A program made the translations under genes and the position numbers. DNA of 62,069 nt, counting the filler, from Choristocarpus tenellus KU-1152 (lineage: Eukaryota > Protista > Phaeophyceae): the NCBI GenBank assembly GCA_964200185.2. It is 14 parts of 14 records of this genome, joined end to end, with 100 filler letters (N's around TTAATTAATTAA, not from the genome) between each part and the next. Parts side by side here need not be neighbours in the genome. Positions count along the whole stretch, not along the records: positions 51,054 to 54,721 come from CAXNAD020018620.1; positions 54,822 to 59,427 come from CAXNAD020013817.1; positions 59,528 to 62,069 come from CAXNAD020026915.1; 11 more parts are not named here. The stretch is one strand, 5' to 3'. The notes beneath the pieces were generated by a model, which was not told where the DNA came from, ran no database searches, and saw nothing but the letters and a program-made list of their open reading frames with translations. Positions 51,054-62,069 of this stretch are shown piece after piece. The first letter of the stretch is position 1. The number at the start of each line of letters is the position of its first letter.

Positions 51054-53490
51054 CATCATCTATAAGACCGTAGATTGGAGCTATAAATCCTGGGGAGGTA
51101 AGCTTTGAGGGGCCCCTGTAACACTATTGTCCTATTTTGCACACTCCCCCATGAGAGTGCAGGCAATGAAGAGTTGCTGGAACTCTCAAACCTAAAAAAC
51201 GTTTTATTCTGTCAATGCAGTAAAAGAACGCAGAATACTTCAATTTTAACACACGACATCCATCTAGTCAACACAGTGTCTACAATGTCTTCTACCTGCT
51301 TCTTACGCAGTCTTTTGGTCAATATGTCTGCAAGTTGGAGTGTTGTGGGAATATATTTTACTGTAAAAAATCCTTTGCTAACATACTCCCTGGTGCATTT
51401 TAGTTTGCCTCTGCGGAATATTGCATGCCTCATTCCATGCACCATCACTGTCCATTCTGCCTCTGATGAAGATGTGGTTACAGCTCCTTGTATCTTGGAT
51501 TTCCATGCAATTGGTGCTCCATTGATGAGTATCAGATACCCTGTCACGCTCCGCCTGGATGCAGTGTCATTGCCCCAGTCTGAGTCTCCATACCCGACCA
51601 GGCCCCCATTGTCCATTCCACCACCAGCAGGATAGTGTATCCCTATTTTTGTGGTGCCCGCCAGGTATCGCAGAACATGTTGTAGTCCTTTCCAGTGTCG
51701 ATCGCATGGAGATGCTGCATATCTTCCTAGTTCCTGCACACTGTTGGATAGGTCTGGTCGTGTCATCCCGGCTAGGAACATATTAGTTTCCGCAGGATGG
51801 GTTGATGTGTCCCAATATGTTATGCCAGTCCCTCAATTTCAGCCTCTGCTTTTTTGTTGGCTCGTGCAGTGCTGGCTCTCGATTCTTGTGTTCCATGGTG
51901 ATTATGGTTCTCGTTAAATTTAAGAACCCCCGATTTTTGTAGGTTTATCTTTGGTCAATTCTTGGAGCCCTCAGATAACTTTCTTTTGTTCCTGAATCCA
52001 TAAGAGTGAAAGTATCTTAGAGGGTACGAGTTTTGCCCTGTTTGTCCATTTGGGGCTTGGCTTCCCATGGGTTATTTTATGACATTTTCCCACTTCAAAA
52101 GTTTAGGAGTAGTTAAAATGTATACGTTAAGAAACTTGTGTCCAGAATAAGGATATGGACACTTCCTAACCAACATGATAGCCAAAATAACATCAAAATA
52201 GTAACATTGACTTTTGCCCCCCAAATGGACGCAGCTCTACCCTCTAAGATACTTTAGCTCTAAATTCTCCTCCATTCCGTCATATATTTCCATTATTCAA
52301 TATGCAGCATGGTAGATCTGGGACCCATAGAACATCCTTCAGAACAACTCTTGTTGGTTTGTCGTCCTTGTCCCCCACCATTAGAACCATTCTTTCCGAA
52401 GGTGCATGTGCGTTTGGTAGGCTGATTGCTTACGAGGTCTCCACGATCAGGTGTAAGATGTACGTTTGCTCCAGAGTCACACAATATCTCGACTTGTCTT
52501 CTACTGGAGGTGTTGAACACAGCACCTTTGTTAACCTCCTCGTCTGCTGTCGCCTTGAAACTGGAGAAGGAGAGCGTTTGATTTCCGTCGACTTTGTTGC
52601 TGCTCCCACGAGTTGGAGGTGGCGGAAATGTTCTGGGTGCCATCCCAGGCGGATGTGTTGCCAGTGGCTTTCCTTTTAAGTATTGGTAGCAATTCTGCCA
52701 TCGATGGTTCATCCTTAAGCAGTATCCACATTGTTTTGATTTAAGGCCGCTTCCAACTGATCCCCTGGTCTTCCAAGCATGGACGTTCTTCACGTTGCCA
52801 TGCATTGCCAATACCCCATCATGACCATCTTGACCCGAGTGAAGGTAAGTTGTCGACGAGATGACTGTCCGTTTGAGCTCCTCATAGCTGATGTCTAGGC
52901 GTGCTATTAATTGCGCGAACACATGTGGCATCGCTTCCTTGATCCCAAGCAGTATAGATGACCTCTTCATGTTTTCGGGTTTGGGCTCCTGAGCTCCTCG
53001 AATTCCGAAAATAGTCGTTCGAGTTTAACGACAAAATCAGTGCTGTCCTGAGACTCTGCGCACCGTAATTTGAGAGGTTTTCCCTCCAATGTGATGACTT
53101 GTACGGGGAATTCGTCCTTCACGCATCCACCGTAGACTCGTTCTAGTTCCAACCAAGCTCCTTTGCCGCCTGATTGACCTCCATTTTCGTATTTGGCCAC
53201 AATCGTCGATGCTGATCCTTTCGTTGTTTGTAGAAGGAGGAACCATAACGCCTTTTTATTCTTCGAGTATGTGGCATGTGCCGTACGCACTGCCTCTCCC
53301 GAGATGGTGGTGAGTGTTTCGGGAATCTCGTAGTCCCTTGTCATTATTTTGTTCGTACAAGCCCTTGCCTCCAGCGTAGGCGATCAGTGACGGTCTCCAA
53401 GTTGACCAGGTCTCCAATGACCTTCCTGTGGCCCCCGTCCAGACGGCAAGTTTCTTCAGGTCAGTCTCCATACTATCAATGCTCATATCC
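51054..53490 (-). mobile_element. internally deleted Ty1/copia LTR retrotransposon
   Basis: Gag (53486-52967), Zn knuckle CGYCLRMNHRWQNC, protease ILCDSGANVHL, RT end TRPDLSNSVQELGRY...HVLRYLAGT, RNase H YGDSDWG...RRSVTGY...WKSKIQGAVTTSSSEAE...QLADILTK. Polypurine tract GGGGGAG followed by TG (3' LTR start at 51143). Confidence 0.93.
52004..52260 (+). mobile_element. MITE family A, copy nested in the copia element
   Basis: GAGTGAAAGTATCTTAGAGGGT...ACCCTCTAAGATACTTTAGCTC; flanks TAA/TAA. Confidence 0.93.
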
Positions 53491-53899
53491 TGTGCAAATT
53501 ACCTTGGGAGGCAATGCTATTTGTCCGCAGTGAAGAGAAGATGGTGTGAAGCCTCATACGACCCCTTTCGCTGAATGTGAAAAGAATGAATGGTTGAAAT
53601 TAGAAGAGTGACCTTTGTGGGGGTGTCTTCTCATTATTTGTTTATTATTATTATTGTGTTTTCGCTACCTTTTTCAAAGTAGCGAAAGGGAATGAAAAAT
53701 AAACAATTCCATATATAATCCGGATGNNNNNNNNNNAGTTCAACACAATAATCTCATATACACAAAATAAGGTACACTTCACTATTGTCCTATCTTGCAC
53801 AGATTGTGACACGTAATAACCTGAAAAAGTTCCAGGTGTAACCGTAACGTTAAGAATCAAACTAGAAACGTACCGATACGATACCGTAGTCCGACTAAA

Positions 53900-54560
53900 T
53901 TCGGAACCCTCACCAGGCCCTTTTCTTGCGTGCGAGTTACCGGTCGACCTGACGTGCAAGAACGGTCTCAAGATAAAGGTAGGTACCTCATCTCCACCCG
54001 GTTGCCAAACCAAGTGCGTGTGGAACCCTTCCCCCTTAGGCGCACTGCAAAATATGTTGACAAGCGCAACCCCGTTCAGCATTGCAAACATGAACAGGTA
54101 CTCAACAATGTTATTCAACACATCTCGACAATATGCCCCAAGTATCCTGCTGTCGTGATGCTTCCCACCCTTGCCTCTTCTTCCAGTGCTGGTGTCAGCG
54201 TCCAGTAGGATATAATACCTGTCCTTGCACCAAAGTGTGCAGCTTCTCCCAGAAGTTTGATCTGTTGGGGTATATCCCACAACAAAGTAGTAACCCAGTT
54301 GGACTGCTGTTAAATTTTCGCTCAAATATAGCAAATCCATCACCATCATCATCACCACTGTAGACCTTGAATGTCGATGGCAATGGAATCAGTCTTTTTA
54401 ATCTTCGGCCAGATGGTGCCCCCTGTTGCGCGGTTCTGCTAACCGCTCCTCTGTCATCTTCATCATCAGACTCGACCACCTCTCCACCTTCTTCAACTGG
54501 TGTTGTAATTGTCGTGTCTCCATACTCCGCTACCTCGAAGTACGTCTTCTATAACCGACG
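53900..54560 (-). pseudogene. frameshifted ORF remnant, possibly retroelement gag
   Basis: VESDDEDD...FKVYSGDDDGDGFAIFERKF loosely resembles gag N-terminal motifs; continues in another frame; no diagnostic motif. Confidence 0.25.
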
Positions 54561-55230
54561 GCCTCGTCCATCGGGACTCCCCCTCCAATCGATGTAACGC
54601 TAGCCTTGAGAACTTAGCACAATTCAGTAAGTCGTGCTAGCTAGCATGATAGAGGAATTGGTGTTCCCAAGACTTGTGTGTGTAAATAACTCAATTATTT
54701 CCTCATTATGTAGAACAGGTTNNNNNNNNNNNNNNNNNNNNNNNNNNNNNNNNNNNNNNNNNNNNTTAATTAATTAANNNNNNNNNNNNNNNNNNNNNNN
54801 NNNNNNNNNNNNNNNNNNNNNTATCATGTGCTCGGGAGCGGTATATAGTGTACTCCATGTTCCAGAAATCCCCCCCACCCTCCCCCCCCACCCATTGTTT
54901 AGTGCCGTTCACCTTATTATTATACTATTAACGTGGCAACATCAACATCTCAACAAGCACGAACACAAACCCCCCTTCTGTAGTATTTTAATATAGAACA
55001 TAGCACAAGATTATGCGCAGCAAAAGAGGAGAATTAGCAAAAAACGGTTTCAGCCAATAACAACCCAACAATTAAAAAAAACACACACACACACAAACAC
55101 ATGTTTCTTGGAGGAAAAAAATAAACGTGTGAAGAAACGTACATAGGTATTACGCTGCACTCCAAACTTAATAGTGCAACTGGTGGGGGGGGGGGTAGGG
55201 GGGGCATGATAACTGCTTGTGGTGCCTTGC

Positions 55231-55337
55231 CTGCCTGTCCACAACCTCGATCCCCTTTCGCACAAAGCATGCCACCCCGTCCCCCCTGGCTTCTGTTCTT
55301 GGGAGACCGTGCATGGTGTAGCTTGACAGTGCACTGG

Positions 55338-55389
<52 letters not shown>

Positions 55390-57723
55390 ACAGGCAGCCG
55401 AGACGATGAGTGTATAGACACTCGACAATTAGTTAACAGGTTGACACTGCGACACTCTTAGCACGCAAAAAAGTAAACAAGCCTTCCAATATATATATAT
55501 ATATATATATATGTTGTGTGTGACGTGGGGTACAATATCACCCACACTGTACCTATATAAACTCACTCAAGGAGTATGGCACTGTGGTGCAATCTGGATT
55601 TGTCTTTGGAACGGAGGGATATCCAACATCAAGAGAGTGAGCCTATTGTATAGACAATTTTACTGACTTAAGTTTTAGGAGTAAACTATGGCTGTAGCAA
55701 CCTATGGATCACAATGGTGTTGAATGCACAGGATTTAAGAAATAAGGCTGTCACCTTTGCCTTAAAAACAACAAAAAACTTTTGTGTGCTCTATACTCAG
55801 TTCGAAAAACCCTTTGGGGCTTTGGGGAACCTCCTGTTTCTCTTGAGTATATTTTACAAATAGAGGCGCAGGTGTTACCTTTTATACATCTGCACCATCT
55901 CAGGCTCAGCAAGCCAAAGCTCCTGTAAGCATATGACATCGCTCTTGAGACCCTTCAAGAAATTGATGAGAGAAAATTACACAAGAAAGCAGTTCAATTG
56001 ACTGGTTGGTGTCTGTTAAGGTCTAGAAGGGCAAGAGAGTTGGGTTGGAGGGGGGAGGGGGGTATTGCTCCAAAGTACTGTCACATTCAGTGGAAGTTGA
56101 GATGATGTAGAGGATGAAGCTAGAAAACATCGACCAGTTCTCACTACTTAGTTGGCAACCTAGAGGGAAATCCTTGTATCACACTTAGTTCTTGAAAGTA
56201 AACGTTATGGAGACAAGTTATCTTAACAAGCGCAGGTACTCAATCTCAGTATGACCCTCAAGTTGATTGAGGCACACAACACACCACCTATGTCTTGAAG
56301 TACATAGGATAATTGTCTGAGTTTAGAGGTGCAACGGCTCTTGACCCACACTGAGGTTGAGAATGTACATCTGTTAGGCATTTTGTCTTCATGACTGCTT
56401 ATTACACATTTGGAGTGCATTGCTATGACAATTTGCTGGTGACCTACCCCTTGCTCAATGTCGATTTGGGTTTGTTTGTTAGCAAAGCCATTAGCGGCAC
56501 AGAGCAACAAATACCTGGGGAACACACAAAAGGACTGTGAGTATCATCTCCTATCAAATCGCGCCAATATGTAAGTTTCATTATTAAGGAAGCATCAAGA
56601 TAAATCCACATTGACTTGTCTATGCTATCTACTTATGACCCCTTCAATGCACAAACAGCAAAATGCACACGGTTGCCATTCGTGTACTCAGGCAAATAGC
56701 ACAATTCAACGGAGAGCCTAGTTGGCACGCTTTCAATCCTCTGTCCCATCAGTAATTCATCATGTTTTTCCGACTTCAATCGAGAGGGAGGAACTAATCT
56801 TTTCCGTGAACTTCGTATTGCAACGACGTCGCAGTTGATCCTAGCCGATAGTGGGAAGGGACGAGGTCATTACTCGGCAACCACGAAACCTGTAGGTGCT
56901 TCAGGAGTTGTGAGTGTCGCTCCACGTACTGTTCTGGGAATTGGCTCTCCCTATCCCCTCCCACCCGCTTGAATATGGGTGCTAGCACGTTAAAGGTGGT
57001 TATGGAGAGAATCGAGGAGGGATCGTTGCCAGTATCTCCTCGCGTAGTCGACTTAACGTGGTCTGCGAGCAAGGTTCGTCGACGGCAGCATTGTATCAGC
57101 TACAAAGCAGTGATAAATTGATCAAAGAAGTATCCATTGACCTTTTCCTGCAAAAATGACTGAGAGTAATTGAAGGGATGGTGTTTGGGGTGTCCACACT
57201 GTTCCCTGAGACAAATACGAACAAGGTCGATTGTGAGAAACTCACCAGCATCCGTTCCTTGAGAGGACATGGTGTGATGTAATGACATAATTCTGAGGCG
57301 ACGACTCCATAGCTTGCATCCATGGCCACCAAAACCTCCTGTTCGGAGTTCATTATGATATTGCACCAACTTTCTAGCATTTGTTGGACCAGAAATGGGT
57401 GTGGAGGATAGGAGATGACAGGGCGATGCCGCAGCAAGACCACGGATAACAAGGATTTTGCCACCAAGGCCCCAACCCCAAAGCAGGAATAACGACCTTG
57501 GACGTCAGATGGGCGAAGACGGGATGCGCAGATACTAGTTAGGTGCATCTGTAGTGTCCTCACCTCTTCAACAAGGCTATAGGCTGGATACGACGAGAAC
57601 GCCACCTGCAGTTAATCACCATGATCCAAGTCCACATTTTTGCAATTATCAGAGGTCAGTTGCACTAAACTACCCGTACCTGGCTATCGCGACTCGACGG
57701 GGAGGAGTAGAAGACGCCCCCAT
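55231..57723 (-). CDS. endonuclease/exonuclease/phosphatase (EEP, CCR4/nocturnin-like fold) protein resembling the plant At1g02270 family, 3'-partial
   Basis: Core exons 57062-56890 (ITTFNVLAPIFKRV..RESQF), 55952-55879 (SDVICLQELW) and 55333-55231 (LPRTEARGDGVACFV) join in phase. Tentative upstream exons ~57723-57680, ~57606-57564, ~57497-57246. Confidence 0.8.
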
Positions 57724-59544
57724 GTTTACTTAGTTACAGGTTTGTTTCAAGTTCCATCGAATTTTGTGTTGGGTTTTGAAATCGACAGACAAAACTAAAG
57801 TGGGCAGATCACATCTACCACAATAATAACATTCACTTGTATTACTTGGAATAGAGGTAGAGGAAGAACTTCCAGTATGTCACTTCCTACCTCTTTCATT
57901 TTGTTTTCAGCTATTAAAAAATATATAAAACATAACGGACGTTATAGAACAAATTGACCTCAACGTTGTCTGGTGAACATACCCAGCCAACCAAAGACGT
58001 TCGTCCAAGTGTTCGTTGAATGAGGGACGTTCAAGTCTCTCACGCCAAACGCTGATGTTAAAACGGGTGTTATAGGGGAAATACTTCAAAGCGTTATCAA
58101 CAAATATGGACATTTTAGAACGAATTAGTCGAGGAAAACATGGGAGTTGCATCTATTAATATCTCTCGAGGTTATTTATTGGTTGGTTGATTGACTATCC
58201 TACATTAATTTGAGGTATGTTGCAGTGATGGTCGAGAGTAAGAAAAACTACCTCTAGACACTGTCAAGAAGGAAGCAACATACAGTATACTTGAAGCCCT
58301 TGTCAGAAATGCAATAATGGAGGATAGAGTTCTAGGTATGATTGATTATGGATGTGTGGAGAAGAGGTCCAAGAGATAATTGCCAAGTTCTAGGGACACG
58401 TCCACTGGCACATCTTAGTTAGTGGGTTGAGAATCTTACTGATGATGGGAGTTTTTCCTGCTAGTCAAGAAGACTCTCATATTGATTCAGTTGTACTGGT
58501 AATCTAATGAAGCCCTGCACCCCTTTGTTCGGTTCTCCCAGCTCAAGCATGACACTAAAGTTGGCTTTGTCCCGATCCTTTCCTGTTCAGATTTTATGCG
58601 TTCAAACTTACTTGTTAGTTGCACGCACTTGTCCAGGAGTTCAGACTGGCCTAATCTTTACTTCTTATTATTCTACTCCACATGCTGTCTCTTCATCGTG
58701 TCCTTGTCAGCATGACCTAGTGTCTGTCGTCGCCACCCACTCCGAGATTCAACCCATTGATAGACGTCAAAATTATTTTTCCATTCATCTCAGTCAATGT
58801 AATCAACGGTCGCATAACGTTGTAGCGTTCATACAAGACTAACCATTATCTACACAACAACAGATATTATGGATCAAATTGACTCATGTGCTTGCAAAAC
58901 AATGGACTAAATTTAGACCAGAGAAAGGGCACCGAACTTTGACCCGACAACAAAAGTTCTATACAAACCTTGTGCTTGGACAGCAGATGTTACAGAGCAA
59001 ATGGACTCTGGCTACATGGACAACAGACATTGTAGAAGAGCAACCCTCCACAGACATGATCTGGAGAAAGAATGTTATAGACGAAAACGGCCTTGGTGTT
59101 GTAATGGATAGCGTCTGTAATTTGTCTAGGATGGCTACACATGTTCTAGTATAACGCTAGCAGCGTTGAGCATCGCGTTGTCCAAGGTGTACAATATTTC
59201 TTCTCTCTGCCTACAGGGGTGTTTGAGAAGATCCAAATGATGTGTGAAATAATATTAATAATTGAGTAAAAGGTTGTAGTCGTTGTTGTGGACAATATTA
59301 CAACAATTAATTGTAGAGCAGATAAATTCAATGATGAAGCTGTGGTGAACAGAGCGTTGACTGGGAAAATGGACGTAATACAATGTTAGTGGAAAAGGCG
59401 GCGAACTGACCTAAAGTATCTGGGGGGNNNNNNNNNNNNNNNNNNNNNNNNNNNNNNNNNNNNNNNNNNNNTTAATTAATTAANNNNNNNNNNNNNNNNN
59501 NNNNNNNNNNNNNNNNNNNNNNNNNNNGGGGGGGAGGGGGGGGT

Positions 59545-59605
<61 letters not shown>

Positions 59606-60582
59606 AAGCCAGCAATCAAAGAACTTTCTCGAGTTGGTCGCTAGTGCTAAGTGCGGGATTGATTGACCGGAACACACCCACCAAAAGAAAATTACAAGCA
59701 CAAACTAAGATGATAAGAACACACCAACACATCAAACATCAAACATCAAACATCAAACTTATATTATATATAACACACAACCGCCAGGTACAAAACTACC
59801 GCAGGACGGACGCCTCTGCATCCAGGGAGCCCCATCGAGGAGGCAGATAGATGGGCAGAGGAACAAAAACACCAGGAAAAAACTGGGGTATTGCCTGGTA
59901 CAGTACAAAGGGATACGACCTTACGTGGAAAAAAGAAGAGAGAGGAAAAAAAATAAAAAAATAAAAAGTGTTCTGAAAACGCGACGTGGGATAATAATGG
60001 CACGAAACAGACGAGACTCCAGCCACCGCCAAAAGCAATAGATACGCGCTAAATGGCGCGGTGGTTTTTCTAAATTGTGCCCAGGCGCTCAATATGGCAC
60101 CAAGCGTCCGCCTGGCTGCACACGGTGAGACACGGAGAGCTGTTCGAACGAGTGCACACACTGCACAGGCGGAAAAGAGTCAAGGATGCCAACCTGGTTT
60201 GTCGTGGTGGTGCACGAGTGGAAAAGAGTCACTCCCTTTCTGAGGGAAAAAATAAAATAAAATAAAAACTAATGGGAAACGGGATGACACCCTGCAGAAA
60301 CGTTCCCCTACTGTTCTTTACTGTTCTTTCACAATCCGACAAGGAGCATCTTTTTTTGTCTCGCCTAACCCTATAACCCTAACCCTAACCCATATGCACT
60401 AATACGCACTATAATAATAATAATAATAATAATAATCGCAATGCCGGTCGTACTTCTAACTGTAGGCCCCTACCCTAACGCACAAGCCTTCACCTACTGC
60501 TCTTTTGAAAATGGAGGGGCATCACTTGCCCATGAGCCTGCCCACAAACGCCTTCCTCGACTCTACAACAGGACCCTCTCAC

Positions 60583-60742
60583 CGCCATACACGGCATCCA
60601 CAGCCCCCCTGGCCAAGTAGCACAGGTCCATGGCTCCACAACCTGTCTGTCGAATAGCTCTCACCCTGGAGAGTATGCGCCGGGTAGTGTCCATCATGAT
60701 GCGTATGCTGTCCTCACCCCTCAGATAGCTGTACTCAGCAAC
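60583..60742 (-). CDS. inositol monophosphatase family, single internal exon
   Basis: VAEYSYLRGED...VRAIRQTGCGAMDLCYLARGAVDAVYG matches the IMPase R..G.AA.DLC.VA.G..D motif; bounded by AG and GTGAG. Confidence 0.8.
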
Positions 60743-60829
60743 CTTCTCTTCATTGGAATCAGGGTAGGGCAAAAGGGCGCCAGGGATGGAGGTCATGAGG
60801 GATACGGGATGACGGCGCAGTGGGGACCG

Positions 60830-60958
60830 ATCATCAAGGACAAATCATCAAGGACAAATCATCAAGGACAAATCATCAAGGACAAATCATCAAGGACAAA
60901 TCATCAAGGACAAATCATCAAGGACAAATCATCAAGGACAAATCATCAAGGACAAATC
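60830..60958. repeat. 14-bp perfect tandem repeat (ATCATCAAGGACAA) x9
   Basis: Directly visible; lies in the intron upstream of the IMPase exon. Confidence 0.95.
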
Positions 60959-62003
60959 CAGTTTGATTTAGAGTTTACTGATAAGGATACTAGCATCAAG
61001 TTGGAAGCCAATGGCAACAACGAGAACATTGCCACGTAAAATTAAGGTAGAGATTTGGTATGGGGCTGGGAAAGGGGGGTTGAGCATGGGCTCTAAAGGG
61101 ACAGGATCGGGGTTGTAGGCACATGGAACTGTGCATGATACATGATACCAGAACACGCTACATGAAGATAAAGGGTATGGCTCCAGGGCCAATGAGTTGG
61201 AACGATTCTTCTCCTTAATGACCCACCCTGTGTATCTGTTGAGGTAAAACTTGTCTGATATATGTTTTAATCATCACGCACACATGCAAACACACAGATA
61301 CACAAAAGCACACTATATTCCAGAGCGCTACGTAGTGCTGCAGATGATTTTTTTTTAATTTTATATATATTTTGTCATTATTCCAGAGACGTAGACAAAA
61401 AAAAGAACTCAAGAATCTTCTTCTGGCACAAAAGTATCAAAACTGTGTAGGGATTTTCAGTAACCCTCGGGAGAAAGTCAAGAAGATCCAAATTTGAATT
61501 TAATTTCAAATTTAAAAGGGATCTTAAGGTAACGATAAAAAACAGCAGTGGGGAAAAGATGGGCAGCACACAGGTGAGTAAGGTCATCCCCGAGTGCAGC
61601 AATGTCTCGACCCCCCACCAAGCTTGACACCACAGAGCACAACGGCCGGCCAGATCCAGCGTCAACAACATAGACACCACTTCTAACACACCGCCTCCGC
61701 CTGCGCAACTCCCTTTATCCACCAATATGCCCCGCCTCCTGAGCTGTAAAATGCAGCCACAGAATGGACACATTTAGATGCACTATCGTAACTCAAAGAG
61801 GTCTGACTGCATTCGTCTCATGAGATTTTGCATCCGGGACAACATTAGGACTGGTTTTGCGCTGGAACAACTACCACAAAGGCAACATCGGGGGACCGGT
61901 TGCTCTGCAGAGTCCATTGCCCTGTAAAATTCACCGTCGAGAAAACGCCTGCCCACAGTCCCTTTTGCTCAAAAAACACTACGTCTATTACTATTTTTGT
62001 GAA

Positions 62004-62038
<35 letters not shown>

Positions 62039-62069
62039 TTCCTCTCTTTTTTCTTTGCCGCTTTTTGTT

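Noticed and set aside
58200-59400. Possible LINE reverse-transcriptase remnant (FRPEKG...)
   Set aside because: Only one weak motif; too decayed to call by eye.
59528-59603. Long poly-G tract giving a poly-Pro ORF or G-quadruplex
   Set aside because: At a contig edge; likely a sequencing or assembly artefact or a simple repeat.

Overview
Eukaryotic, intron-rich, repeat-rich nuclear DNA. It is most consistent with a photosynthetic stramenopile such as a brown alga or relative (inferred from a signal peptide + 'F' plastid-type presequence, TTAGGG-type repeats and the gene families present). The window is not contiguous: it is 14 short contigs joined by 13 artificial 100-nt linkers (N44-TTAATTAATTAA-N44), so adjacency across linkers has no meaning. 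Spliced gene models built by hand with consistent exon phases: an ABHD10-like alpha/beta-hydrolase lacking the nucleophile Ser, the NOT1 C-terminus, a UBE2W-type E2, a protein of ~100-aa beta-rich repeats, aminopeptidase N, a secreted His1 copper LPMO-like protein, an EEP (exonuclease/endonuclease/phosphatase) protein, and one inositol monophosphatase exon. Decayed mobile elements: Ty3/gypsy, Ty1/copia, CRE-like non-LTR, an intron-containing pogo/Tigger, and a probable piggyBac. The most pervasive unexplained structure is a set of related ~250-265-bp MITE families. They share a GRNNN-AAAGTA terminal motif (about 20 termini), show mixed 3- and 4-bp target duplications, and sit at 9 contig ends.
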